Source of the DNA: an uncultured Gemmatimonadaceae bacterium
GTDB lineage: Bacteria; Gemmatimonadota; Gemmatimonadetes; Gemmatimonadales; Gemmatimonadaceae
Length of the DNA stretch: 64,000 nucleotides
Assembly: GCA_963716745.1 (NCBI GenBank)
Contig: OY970320.1
Span: 2,304,001-2,368,000, forward strand
Reading direction: 5' to 3'
Made by a program: the position numbers and the translations under genes
Shown here: piece by piece, positions 53,243-64,000 of the stretch
Layout of the letters: every line of letters starts with the position of its first letter
How positions within the stretch are numbered: the stretch's first letter is position 1
The notes under the pieces: model-generated
The model's input: the letters and a program-made list of their open reading frames with translations, nothing else
Database searches by the model: none
What the model was told of the DNA's origin: nothing

Positions 53243-53326
53243 ACCGCCAGGGGTACTCCGGGACGACCGGAGTTGAGAGAGTCCCTTGGAACCTGATCCG
53301 GGTCGAGCCGGCGTAGGGAGCGCGGT
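53243..53326 (+). ncRNA. TPP riboswitch
   Basis: AGGGG...TGAGA..CCCTTGGAACCTGATCCGGGT....CCGGCGTAGGGA with closing P1 ACCGC/GCGGT, upstream of thiC. Confidence 0.92.
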
Positions 53327-53400
53327 GCAGTCGCCACAGTACTTGTGGCATCGCGCGCCCCATTCCGGCCGGAACTACCCGGATCGCTCCTCAGCACTGA

Positions 53401-55026
<1,626 letters not shown>

Positions 55027-55034
55027 ACCGCAAT

Positions 55035-55250
55035 TGCAACGACTTTATGGGGATAACTAACCGGATGCTAGCGGATCAAATGGATTGCTCCGTGTGGCGG
55101 GATGGATCGCACAGCCGCGACTGGCGTTGTGTTTTTGTTGTTAACAACAAGAACGCGGACTCGATCGCGCGCCTAGGAGCTTCCGGCGGGCAGGAGGCAA
55201 TCCATTTGATCCGCCAGCATCCGGTTAGTTATCCCATTAGAGTCGTTGCA
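55035..55250. repeat. long palindromic element between thiC and thiS
   Basis: ~57-bp arms TGCAACGACT..GGGATAACTAACCGGATGCT.GCGGATCAAATGGATTGC and their reverse complement. Confidence 0.9.
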
Positions 55251-55270
55251 CCTGCAGTTGGAGGTTTGCA

Positions 55271-55465
55271 ATGACCGTGAACGGTGAATCGCGCGAATAC
55301 AGAACAGGGTTGACCCTCTTCGCGCTGCTCGAGGATGTGAAGGTGGACGCGCGGGCGGCGGCGGTGATGGTGGGGGAGGAGGTCTATCGTCCTGGAAGGA
55401 TCCCCGACATCGCGCTCAAGGAGAGCGATGTCATTGAGATCGTCAGCATGATGCAGGGAGGTTGA
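55271..55465 (+). CDS. thiS: thiamine biosynthesis sulfur carrier
   Basis: 64 aa, VNGE N-terminus, C-terminal GG, GGAGG RBS. Confidence 0.92.
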   Translation: MTVNGESREYRTGLTLFALLEDVKVDARAAAVMVGEEVYRPGRIPDIALKESDVIEIVSMMQGG

Positions 55466-55466
55466 G

Positions 55467-56265
55467 ATGCACGACCCACTCGTGATCGGCGGCAAGTCGT
55501 TCGGCTCGCGCCTGATGCTCGGCACGGGCAAGTATCGCGATCTTGCCGTGATGAAGGACGCCTTCGAATGCGGCCGCGGTCGAGATCGTTACCGTGAGCA
55601 TCCGCCGCGTGGAACTCGGCGCGCCGGGGCACACGGGATTGATGGATGTGCTCGCGAAGGGGAGCTATCAGCTGCTGCCGAACACCGCCGGCTGCAAGAC
55701 CGCCGAGGAAGCCGTGCGCGTCGCGCGGCTCGCGCGCGCGATGAGCGGCACCGAATGGCTCAAGCTGGAAGTGATCCCCGACGCGAAATATCTGCTGCCG
55801 GATCCGGTGGGTACTTTGCGCGCGGCCGAGATCCTGGTGGGGGAGGGATTCACCGTTCTTCCCTATATGAATGCCGATCCCGTGCTCGCGCGGCAGCTCG
55901 CGGCGGCGGGTTGCGCGACCGTGATGCCTCTGGCGTCACCGATCGGCAGCGGCCGCGGAGTGCTCACGCGGGCGGCGATCGAGATCATCATTGAGGAGAG
56001 TACTGTGCCCGTGGTGGTGGACGCGGGACTCGGCGTGCCCAGCGAGGCCGCGGCGGTGATGGAGCTCGGGGCGAATGCGGTGTTGGTGAATACTGCGATC
56101 GCGGAGGCGGAGTCGCCTGTTCAGATGGCGGCGGCGTTCAGGAAGGCGGTGGAGGCTGGGAGGATGGGGTATTTGGCTGGACGGATGCCGATTCGGGCGC
56201 ATGCTAGCCCGTCGAGTCCTGTGGCGGGGGTTGTTACGTTGCCTCAGCCGGAGGTTCCTGCCTAA
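55467..56265 (+). CDS. thiG: thiazole synthase, apparent frameshift near 55570
   Basis: [49 protein letters not shown]. Confidence 0.93.
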
Positions 56266-56274
56266 CTGCGGTAC

Positions 56275-56479
56275 GGCGGTCAACAGTAAACAGTCACGAG
56301 TGACTGCCAGTCTACAGTCAACAGTCAACAGGTCACAGAAAACGTCTCCACGAACAAACGGGCCTCCCGATCGCTATTCAGGATCGAGAGGCCCGTTCCT
56401 TCGTGATCTGACTTCTGTGAACTGTGAGCTGTTGACTGTCGACTGGCAGTCACTCGTGACTGTTTACTGTTGACTGCAG
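56275..56479. repeat. long inverted-repeat element, copy 10 (empty)
   Basis: same arms, internal hairpin AACGGGCCTC..GAGGCCCGTT; lies between convergent genes. Confidence 0.95.
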
Positions 56480-56487
56480 TGAGTAGT

Positions 56488-57375
56488 TCAGAGCCCGAGC
56501 TCGCTGGGTTTGGCAGGATCAGTTGAATAATCGTAAAACCCTTTCCCCGATTTCCTGCCGAACATCCCCGCCATCACCATCCGCTTGAGCAACGGCGGCG
56601 GAGCATAACGCTTCTCACGATACTCATCGAACATTATCTCCGCGATCTTGTACGTCGTATCGAGTCCTACGAAATCCAAGAGCGTGAATGGCCCCATAGG
56701 ATATCCCGTGCCGAGCATCATGCCTTTATCGATATCCGCAACGGATGCCACTCCGTGCTCGAGCATATTGATCGCGTCGATGAGATAGGGCACGAGCAAC
56801 AGATTCACCACGAAGCCCGAATTATCCTTCGCGGCGATCGGCTCCTTTCCAAGTGACTTCGCGAAGGCGAACGCGCGTTTGAACGTCTCGTCGCTCGTCG
56901 TGACCGTCTTCACGACTTCGACGAGCTTCATCACGGGAACGGGATTGAAGAAATGCAGCCCCACCATCCGGTCGGGGCGCGTGGTGGCTGCGGCCATCGC
57001 GGCGATGGTCAGGCTCGAGGTGTTCGACGCGAAGATCGTGTGCGCCGGACAGAGCGCGTCGAGCTCCTTCCACATCGCGTTCTTCACATCCACATCCTCG
57101 ACCACGGCCTCGATCACCACATCGCAACCCTTGAGATCCTTCACCGCGGTCGTGAAGGAGAGCCGCGCCATGGCTGCGTCGCGCGCCTCGGCGGTGAGTT
57201 TCCCCTTCTCGATCGCTTTGTTCATCTGCTTCTCGATGCCGGCCTTCGCGCGCGCGCAGAGCGCATCGCTCACTTCGCGCACTTTGGTGTCGAACCCGCT
57301 CTGCGCCGCGACTTGCGCGATGCCACTGCCCATGAGTCCGGCACCGAGGACACCGACGGTCTTGATCTCAGGCAT
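56488..57375 (-). CDS. 3-hydroxyacyl-CoA (3-hydroxybutyryl-CoA) dehydrogenase
   Basis: GAGLMGSGIA, EAVVE, SNTSSL, HFFNP, GFVVN, PMGPF.LLD.VGLD, GRKSGKGFY. Confidence 0.93.
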   Translation of the reverse strand: MPEIKTVGVLGAGLMGSGIAQVAAQSGFDTKVREVSDALCARAKAGIEKQMNKAIEKGKLTAEARDAAMARLSFTTAVKDLKGCDVVIEAVVEDVDVKNAMWKELDALCPAHTIFASNTSSLTIAAMAAATTRPDRMVGLHFFNPVPVMKLVEVVKTVTTSDETFKRAFAFAKSLGKEPIAAKDNSGFVVNLLLVPYLIDAINMLEHGVASVADIDKGMMLGTGYPMGPFTLLDFVGLDTTYKIAEIMFDEYREKRYAPPPLLKRMVMAGMFGRKSGKGFYDYSTDPAKPSELGL

Positions 57376-57431
57376 TCTCTATCTCAGAAAGTAGGTTGAG
57401 TAATCCGAACTGCGTGCCTGGAACCGCAACA

Positions 57432-57531
57432 GGCGGGGCTAGTACCGCAAGCTGCGTGTGTAGCGTTGGCGTTGGGAAGGCGCGCATCCTAACGCTATCG
57501 CTAACGCGCCGTTGGCGGTACCAACCCCGCC
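57432..57531. repeat. imperfect intergenic palindrome
   Basis: GGCGGGG..GTACCGC...TAGCGTTGGCGTTGGGA / TCCTAACGCTATCGCTA...GCGGTAC..CCCCGCC. Confidence 0.6.
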
Positions 57532-57532
57532 G

Positions 57533-58345
57533 TTAGCGGTTCGTCCTTGCCGGTGTCACGATCTGCGCCAACAATGATTTTCTCGGCGTCTCATTCCGCT
57601 CGAGCCTATCCAGCGTCTGCTCAAGAGAGAGTTGCGCGCGAGTGAGGGTCCCGCGATGCACTCGTGCGGCCGCGATGCCCGCAATGCCAAGCACTACCAG
57701 CGGGACCGCCGCGATCACCGGCATTACGCCGAGCACGAACAGCACTGCGGTGCCGAGCGCACCGAGTACGGTGAGCGCCGTGCCTGCGGCGATGTTCCGC
57801 GACCGCGTGCCGCTCAGTGATGCCTCGATTGTGACCACCGTGCGCTGATCGTCCACCACCACGGCGGTCGCCGCGATCTCGTCGGTGCGCGCGAGATGAT
57901 AACCGCGGCCGCCCATATCCAACGCGCGCGTGAGGTTCGCGACGATGCCGGGCGCGCGCTCCCACAGCACGCGATTCCCATAGCGGCGCTTCACGCGCAA
58001 TCCTTCTTCCTGCTGCATCAGCGCGTCGAGCGCCGCCAATTGCGCGTCCGCATTTCCTCGCACGGTGCGCATCGCGTGAGCTGTCGCGGGGCCGAACAGA
58101 TGGTCCACCGCGCCGCGCGCGACGGGCGCCGCGAGTCGCGTGCGCTCCTCGGCGAGCGCCTGCCGCAGATGCACGGGGCCGAGTCCCACTTCTTTCGCGA
58201 TGTCGATCAGCTGCGCATCGGTGAGCTGCTGCTCGTCGCCCTCGCCTTCGGCCGACTGCAGCTCCGCCGCGCGCGCGAGCACGCGCTCGAGCGCGCCGCG
58301 GTCGAGCGGCTGGCGCTCGGGGAGATTCGTCGAGTCGTCGCTCAT
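57533..58345 (-). CDS. hypothetical membrane protein
   Basis: 270-aa ORF, helical N-terminal region, two C-terminal TM segments. Confidence 0.7.
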   Translation of the reverse strand: MSDDSTNLPERQPLDRGALERVLARAAELQSAEGEGDEQQLTDAQLIDIAKEVGLGPVHLRQALAEERTRLAAPVARGAVDHLFGPATAHAMRTVRGNADAQLAALDALMQQEEGLRVKRRYGNRVLWERAPGIVANLTRALDMGGRGYHLARTDEIAATAVVVDDQRTVVTIEASLSGTRSRNIAAGTALTVLGALGTAVLFVLGVMPVIAAVPLVVLGIAGIAAARVHRGTLTRAQLSLEQTLDRLERNETPRKSLLAQIVTPARTNR

Positions 58346-58350
58346 CGCCC

Positions 58351-59475
58351 TCAGATGCCGCCCGTGATGGCGTCCACCGAATGCCGGATCTGCTCGAGGA
58401 TCGGTTCCGGCAGCGGGAATTGCGTGCGGAACGCGAGCGCTTCCTGGCCCGGCGTGAATGTCGCGCCGATCGCCGTGAGATAGTACGCCTCATACGCCGG
58501 AACGCTCTCCGGCGCGAGCTTCTCCATGACGATCTCGCCGCCGCGCACGTTCGCGATGTTGAGATACTGCCCGGCGAGCCCCGACCGCTTCTGGATGGGC
58601 GTGGTGTTGTCGTCCACCGCGGTGGCCGCGATGTTGCTCACCGCCTCATGCGCGATCACGAAGATCGCTTCCATCGCGGTCGCGCGATCGGCCGGATAAT
58701 TCACGGCGATCACGTTCTCGCGCTTGCCGCCGAGGATCGTGCGTCCTTCGGCGCCCAGCGGGAGCGAGAGGTAGATATCGCCGCGCGCCTGGTCCGTTCC
58801 TTCCTGGAAGCTTCGCATGCGCCGCAGATAGACCTTCACCCACTGCGAGTCGACCGCCGCGAGCACCGGGCGCCGCTGGAGTTCGATGGCCTTCCAATAC
58901 TTCTCGTAGAACTTGTTGCTCTCGTCGGCGAGCGACTTCATGTAGACGGCGAGGAACCGGCGGTCGCCGGGTCCCGGGAACGACTGCGCCCATGCGAAGA
59001 TGCGCTCCGCTGTGGCGCGATCCTTCGCTTTGCGAGGGTCGCCCGCCGCCGTGAGGAAGAGCTGCACCTCATCGTTCAGCTGATTCCAGTCGTGCATCTG
59101 GAGCACGAGGAATTGCGCGCCCGTCACCTGCGGATGCGCCTTCACGAACTTGGAGAGCGTATCGAGGTTCGTGTCGAGCAGCGTGGTGATCTGAAGCTTG
59201 TTCTTCTCCACGATCATCTCGTCGCGATAACCGCGGCGGAAGAGCGGCACGCGCGAGCTGTCATCGGTGATCAACGCGAAGCCGTGCAGCCAGAGATCGA
59301 TCACGTAGCGCGTGTGTACCGGCCACGGGTCATTCGACTGCGAATGCACCTCGGCGCCCGGCTCGCGTGGGGCGACGGGAGGAGGCGGCGGTGCGGCAGC
59401 GGGCTGGCTGCCTGCGCACGCACCGAGCAATGTCATCGCCGCGAGCGCGGCGATGACGGTGGAACGAGAGTTCAC
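58351..59475 (-). CDS. hypothetical lipoprotein
   Basis: GTG start overlapping the thiolase stop, lipobox LGAC, Pro-rich linker. Confidence 0.7.
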   Translation of the reverse strand: MNSRSTVIAALAAMTLLGACAGSQPAAAPPPPPVAPREPGAEVHSQSNDPWPVHTRYVIDLWLHGFALITDDSSRVPLFRRGYRDEMIVEKNKLQITTLLDTNLDTLSKFVKAHPQVTGAQFLVLQMHDWNQLNDEVQLFLTAAGDPRKAKDRATAERIFAWAQSFPGPGDRRFLAVYMKSLADESNKFYEKYWKAIELQRRPVLAAVDSQWVKVYLRRMRSFQEGTDQARGDIYLSLPLGAEGRTILGGKRENVIAVNYPADRATAMEAIFVIAHEAVSNIAATAVDDNTTPIQKRSGLAGQYLNIANVRGGEIVMEKLAPESVPAYEAYYLTAIGATFTPGQEALAFRTQFPLPEPILEQIRHSVDAITGGI

Positions 59476-60665
59476 GCGAGCGCCTCGATGATGACCGCGA
59501 TCCCCTGGCCGCCGCCGATGCAGGCGGAGCCGAGTCCGTAGCGCTTGCCGCTCTTGCGCAGGGCGTGGATCAGGTGCGCCGTGATGCGCGCGCCGCTCGC
59601 GGCGAGCGGATGGCTGAGCGCGATCGCGCCGCCGTGGATGTTGAACTTCTCGCGCGGGATCTTGAGTTCCATCTCGACCGCGCACACTTGTCCGGCGAAC
59701 GCTTCGTTCACCTCGATGAGGTCCATCTGATCGAGCGTCATCCCGGCCCGCTCGAGCGCGATCTTGGATGCGGGCACCGGGCCGATGCCCATGATCGTGG
59801 GATCCACGCCGGCGACGCCCCAGGACACGAGGCGCGCGAGTGGCTTGAGCCCCTTCTTCTTCGCCCACTGGTCGCCGGCGATCACGAGTGCGCCGGCGCC
59901 GTCGCCAATGCCGCTCGCGTTGCCGGCGGTGACCACGCCGTCCGCTTTGAACACCGGCTTGAGCTTCGCCAACCCCTCGGCGGTGGTGTCCGGCCGCATG
60001 TGCTCATCGCGGCGGAACTCTTCCACCAATTTCGTCTTGGGATTCTTGACCGGGATGCCGATGATCTCGTCGTCGAACATGCCGGCCGCCCATGCTTCCT
60101 TGGCCTTCACTTGGGAACGCAGTGCGTACTCGTCCACGGCGGCGCGGCTGATCGAATATTGCGCCGCGAGCTTCTCCGCGGTCTCGGCCATCGCGAGTCC
60201 GGCCACGGGATCACGGAGCCCTTCCCATAGGGAATCCTCGAGCACGGGGCTCTTGCCGAGCTGCACGCCCCAGCGCAGGCCGCGCGCGATGTGCGGCGCC
60301 AGCGACATGCTCTCGCCGCCGCCCACGAGGCAGACGTCGGCTTGGCCGAGCAGGATCTCCATGGCGCCGCTGACGACGGCTTGGAAGCCCGAGCCGCAGA
60401 GCCGGTTCACCGTGAGCCCCGGCACTTCCTTCGGCACGCCGGCCTTGAGCGACACATGGCGCGCGAAGTAGATCGTGTCCGAGGTGGTCTGCATGACGTT
60501 GCCGAAGACGGCGTGGCCGATCTCCGCCGGCTCGACTTTGGCGCGCACGATCGCCTCGCGCGCGGCGAAGACGGTGAGGTCGATGGCACTGATGTCCTTC
60601 AGCGTGCCGCCGAAGGTGCCGAACGGCGTGCGCAGCGCGCTCAGGAAGACGATTTCCTTGTTCAT
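59472..60665 (-). CDS. acetyl-CoA C-acyltransferase (thiolase)
   Basis: NRLCGSG, TAGNASG, NEAFA, GGAIALSHP, CIGGGQG. Confidence 0.95.
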   Translation of the reverse strand: MNKEIVFLSALRTPFGTFGGTLKDISAIDLTVFAAREAIVRAKVEPAEIGHAVFGNVMQTTSDTIYFARHVSLKAGVPKEVPGLTVNRLCGSGFQAVVSGAMEILLGQADVCLVGGGESMSLAPHIARGLRWGVQLGKSPVLEDSLWEGLRDPVAGLAMAETAEKLAAQYSISRAAVDEYALRSQVKAKEAWAAGMFDDEIIGIPVKNPKTKLVEEFRRDEHMRPDTTAEGLAKLKPVFKADGVVTAGNASGIGDGAGALVIAGDQWAKKKGLKPLARLVSWGVAGVDPTIMGIGPVPASKIALERAGMTLDQMDLIEVNEAFAGQVCAVEMELKIPREKFNIHGGAIALSHPLAASGARITAHLIHALRKSGKRYGLGSACIGGGQGIAVIIEALA

Positions 60666-60758
60666 CACGCCCGGGGAGTTTGGGGGACCCTAAAGATGCC
60701 CGGGTGGAGCGTGGATGGTAGTCGTGGGGGTCCCGTGCAGCCTCGGGTTCCGCGCGCG

Positions 60759-60997
60759 GGAACACAAGTATCACGGTTCATGTTTAACGGGATGAGCCGG
60801 ATGTGGACGGATGCGCAGGATCGCTCCATGCGCCGACACGCGCTCTCAGACGCGCATCCGTCTTGTCGTTGTAGTTAACCACAAATACAGCGGCGTGATT
60901 CGGCGCACGGAGCGCATCCTCGCGCATGGAGCAATCCGCCGCATCCGTGCCATCTCCGCTGCATCCCGTCAAATATGAACCGTGATACTTGTGTTCC
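60759..60997. repeat. long palindromic intergenic element
   Basis: GGAACACAAGTATCACGGTTCAT.TTT.ACGGGATG arm and its reverse complement, continuing inward through CGGAT repeats. Confidence 0.9.
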
Positions 60998-61021
60998 AGG
61001 GCAGCGTGAACCACGAGGCGC

Positions 61022-62023
61022 CTAGGGCTTTCCCCCTGGCAACCACGTTGGCAGCGGGCCGTTCGCGAGCATCCAGACGGCCTGGGCGGCGGCGCGGATC
61101 ACGGCGGTCATGTGCGGGATGTCCACGCGCGAGATATCGTCGCTCGGCTCGTGATAGTCGGCGTGCAGGCCGAAGGAGGAGAGCGTCTGCGCCGGAATGC
61201 CGCGGTGCGCGAAGGCGATGTTGTCGCTGCGCTGGAAGAATTGCTCGGTGGGATGCGGGTCGGCGACGATGGGGAGCCCCGCGGCCTTGAACATGGGGCC
61301 CATGGTGGTGCGCTCCCAGCCGGTGAGCCACGCGTGGCCTTCGCCGATGAGCGTGTCGGGGCGCCCGATCATCTCGATCTCGAGATTCGCCTTCACGCTG
61401 TCGAGCGGCACGGGAAAATGGTCGATCAGCCACCGAGTGCCGAAGAGTCCTTCCTCCTCGCCGGTGGTGGTGACGAAGAGAATGCTGCGCTTGGGCGCCG
61501 GGCCGGCCGCGAGCACACGCGCCACCGACAGTACCGTGACGACGCCCGACGCGTCGTCATCCGCGCCGTTGTAGATCGAATCGCCATTCACGGCCGTGCC
61601 GATGCCGAGATGATCGAAATGCGCGTCGACGAGGATGTACTCGTTGCGCAGCGCCGGATCGCTGCCGCGGATCATGCCGACGACATTCACGTCCATCGTC
61701 TTGCGCGAGCCTGGGGCGCCAGCGGCCGCGGCCGAGTACGGTGCCAGTCCGTTCGCGGTGATGACAAGCGGCACGCGCTGGAAATATCCGCTGTCGCCCA
61801 GCTGCATGAGGTGTGCGGCGTACATCTGCGCCGCGATGTACTGCGTCGCGCGCGCCGCGCCGCGACTCGCGGTCATGCGACCTTCCATCGAGTCATCCGA
61901 CAGGATGGACAGCATCGCGCGCACGGAGGAATCCGTGATGGACGAGACGTTGGGCGTCTGCGCGGCAGCTGTCGCGACTGCACTCAGTACCGCGAGGACC
62001 AGGATCTTCGCGCGCGAGATCAT
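61022..62023 (-). CDS. M28 family metallopeptidase, secreted
   Basis: signal peptide, AHFDHLG, GADDDASG, GEEEGL, EMIGR, RSD, DYH..SD. Confidence 0.9.
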   Translation of the reverse strand: MISRAKILVLAVLSAVATAAAQTPNVSSITDSSVRAMLSILSDDSMEGRMTASRGAARATQYIAAQMYAAHLMQLGDSGYFQRVPLVITANGLAPYSAAAAGAPGSRKTMDVNVVGMIRGSDPALRNEYILVDAHFDHLGIGTAVNGDSIYNGADDDASGVVTVLSVARVLAAGPAPKRSILFVTTTGEEEGLFGTRWLIDHFPVPLDSVKANLEIEMIGRPDTLIGEGHAWLTGWERTTMGPMFKAAGLPIVADPHPTEQFFQRSDNIAFAHRGIPAQTLSSFGLHADYHEPSDDISRVDIPHMTAVIRAAAQAVWMLANGPLPTWLPGGKP

Positions 62024-62053
62024 GAAACGTCTCCCAAGAAGAAGATCATGCTG

Positions 62054-62099
62054 AATCATGTAAATCCTGTCAAATGCTTTTGACAGGATTAACATGATT
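62054..62099. repeat. short palindrome AATCATGTAAATCCTGTCAAA / TTTGACAGGATTAACATGATT
   Basis: 21-bp arms with one mismatch; the 18-mer AATCATGTAAATCCTGTC also occurs at 51772-51789. Confidence 0.8.
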
Positions 62100-62113
62100 T
62101 CCATGATGAACAG

Positions 62114-63166
62114 CTAGATCTTGCTGGCGATCCAGTCTCCGACTGCCTTGGTGCCCATCGTGCCGCCGACATCGGACGTGCCGATGCCTTCCTGAATGGC
62201 GCGTGCGACTGTCGTCTCCACCGCGCGCGCGGCGTCAGTGGCGCCGAGGGTCTCGAGGAGCATCGCGAGTGTCAGGATCGCGGCCATCGGGTTCGCGACG
62301 TCCTTGCCGGCCATGGGCGGCGCGCTGCCGTGCACGGGCTCGAACATCACCATGCGGCCGGGGTTCCGGTTCGCGCTGGGCGCCATCCCGAGTCCGCCAG
62401 CGATCATCGAAGCGATATCCGAGAGGATGTCGCCGAAGAGATTGCCCGTCACGATCACCTGGAACTGCTCAGGGGCGCGCACAAGGTCCATCGCCATCGC
62501 GTCCACGTAACGCGTCTCGCGGGTGATGCCGGAGTATTCCTTCCCGACCTCCTCGAACACGCGGCGCCAGAGCGAATGTGCTTCGATCGCGTTCGCCTTG
62601 TCGGCCATGGCGACTCTCGTTTTCCCGTGCTCCTTGGCCCACGCGAACGCGTAGCGGATGATGCGCTCCACGCCCTTGCGCGTGTTCAACTCCTCGGCGA
62701 TCGCGATCTCGTCGGGCGTGCCCTTCTTGAAGATGCCGCCCACCGACACGTACAGCCCCTCGGTGTTCTCGCGGAAGATCACGAGGTCGATGTCTCTCGG
62801 CGTCTTCCCCTTGAGCGGCGTGAGGCGCTCGTGCAGCAATCGCGCGGGGCGCTCGTTCACGTAGAGATCGAGCTGGAAGCGCATGCCGAGCAGGATGTCG
62901 CGCGCGTGCTCATTGCCGGGAACGCGCGGATCGCCGAGCGCGCCGACGATGATGGCATCGAAATCGCGCCCGAGCCGCTGCATCTCGGCGGGAGCGATCG
63001 TGACGCCAGTGGAGAGATAGTGATCGGCGCCGTACGGCAACTGCTCGATCGTGAGGCCGGGTCTGAACTTCTTCTCGACCGCGGCCAGCACTCTGAGCGC
63101 TTCGCGCGTGACTTCGGGTCCGATGCCGTCGCCGGCGATCACGGCGACGCGGCGCTGTGCGGTCAC
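62114..63166 (-). CDS. isocitrate/isopropylmalate-family decarboxylating dehydrogenase (LeuB-like)
   Basis: [40 protein letters not shown]. Confidence 0.9.
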   Translation of the reverse strand: MTAQRRVAVIAGDGIGPEVTREALRVLAAVEKKFRPGLTIEQLPYGADHYLSTGVTIAPAEMQRLGRDFDAIIVGALGDPRVPGNEHARDILLGMRFQLDLYVNERPARLLHERLTPLKGKTPRDIDLVIFRENTEGLYVSVGGIFKKGTPDEIAIAEELNTRKGVERIIRYAFAWAKEHGKTRVAMADKANAIEAHSLWRRVFEEVGKEYSGITRETRYVDAMAMDLVRAPEQFQVIVTGNLFGDILSDIASMIAGGLGMAPSANRNPGRMVMFEPVHGSAPPMAGKDVANPMAAILTLAMLLETLGATDAARAVETTVARAIQEGIGTSDVGGTMGTKAVGDWIASKI

Positions 63167-63888
63167 GGGGCGGCGCCGGCGCTGCGCCCGCAGGTGACGC
63201 AGAATTTCCAATTCACTTCCAGCTCCGAGCCGCACGCGGGGCAGCGCTGGATCGCGAGGTTCTGCCCGCAGTTCGGGCAGAAGACGACGCGGCGGCCGGC
63301 GGGCAGCGCGCCGCCGCAGAAGCGGCAGTCGCCGGCGGGCGGACTCGCCGTGGGCGTGCTGGAGCGTGGGACGGGTGGTGATGGCATGGGGGCTCGCATG
63401 GGGCCCGACGAGCGTGCGCCGGGCGGAGGAGGAGGGACGTTGGGAGAACTTGCGCGCGGAGGTTGCGGCGGAGCGGGTGGCGCCGCCCTTGGTGTCGAAG
63501 CCACGCTGCTCGCGCGCGGCTGCGGATTCATGTCCATCGGGCCACCCTGCGCATCGGCCCGGCGGATGGCGTCGGCCACGAGCACCACGCGCGACGCGGC
63601 GAACTCACGGTAGATAGCGGTGTTCGGATTGTTGGACGCGAGCTCCGCGCGGATCGTCTCGCGCATCACGTCGTCGCCCATCATGAGCTGGCGCTCGCCG
63701 GCGAGCATCTGGCAGAGCGCGATCTCGTAGTCCTCATTCGTGTCGATCTCGAGCTCCTTCCGGTTGTGCCGGTACGGCACGAGACTCTGGAAGAGCTCGC
63801 TGACCTCGAACGGCTGGGAGAGATACCCCGGATAGCCGTTACGAATGTTCTGCACGAGCCGTCGAAACATGCGGTCCAGATCGTCCAT
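63163..63888 (-). CDS. double zinc-ribbon domain protein
   Basis: Pro-rich linker followed by four CxxC pairs (CRFC, CPNC, CPAC, CVTC). Confidence 0.8.
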   Translation of the reverse strand: MDDLDRMFRRLVQNIRNGYPGYLSQPFEVSELFQSLVPYRHNRKELEIDTNEDYEIALCQMLAGERQLMMGDDVMRETIRAELASNNPNTAIYREFAASRVVLVADAIRRADAQGGPMDMNPQPRASSVASTPRAAPPAPPQPPRASSPNVPPPPPGARSSGPMRAPMPSPPVPRSSTPTASPPAGDCRFCGGALPAGRRVVFCPNCGQNLAIQRCPACGSELEVNWKFCVTCGRSAGAAP

Positions 63889-64000
63889 GTGCCGCTCGCG
63901 CGAGAGGGGTCCGGTGCCGGCCGACGCGCCGACAAGTGCTGACGGTGCCCTCGCGAACGCTCTCGCGCAAGACCCGCGACCTCTCCAACCGGACTCTCCT

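Overview
High-GC bacterial window; the gene content (ADOP-type ABC permeases, many lipoproteins) suggests a Gemmatimonadota- or Acidobacteriota-like organism, which is an inference. Three zones: (1) 1-20.4 kb, metabolic and accessory genes punctuated by eight copies of a ~160-205 bp long-inverted-repeat element; (2) ~20.8-42.6 kb, a self-contained module with two receiver-less sigma-54 activators, a type II secretion gene cluster and two signal-peptide-bearing RHS proteins, each RHS gene behind a duplicated 53-bp palindrome and a -24/-12 promoter; (3) 42.8-64 kb, mostly housekeeping genes (KamA/two ATP-grasp ligases/GNAT operon, thyX, ppk2, TPP riboswitch-thiC-thiS-thiG, fatty-acid enzymes). 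The main finding is that the long-IR element occurs 10 times: nine copies are empty hairpins and one (46872-47501) encloses a four-helix-bundle (23S rRNA IVS / Avd-like) gene, which suggests a transposase-free element family with gene-bearing and non-autonomous forms. Several other palindromic repeat families are present, some in frame inside proteins. Many genes carry apparent single-base frameshifts that look like sequencing or assembly errors.
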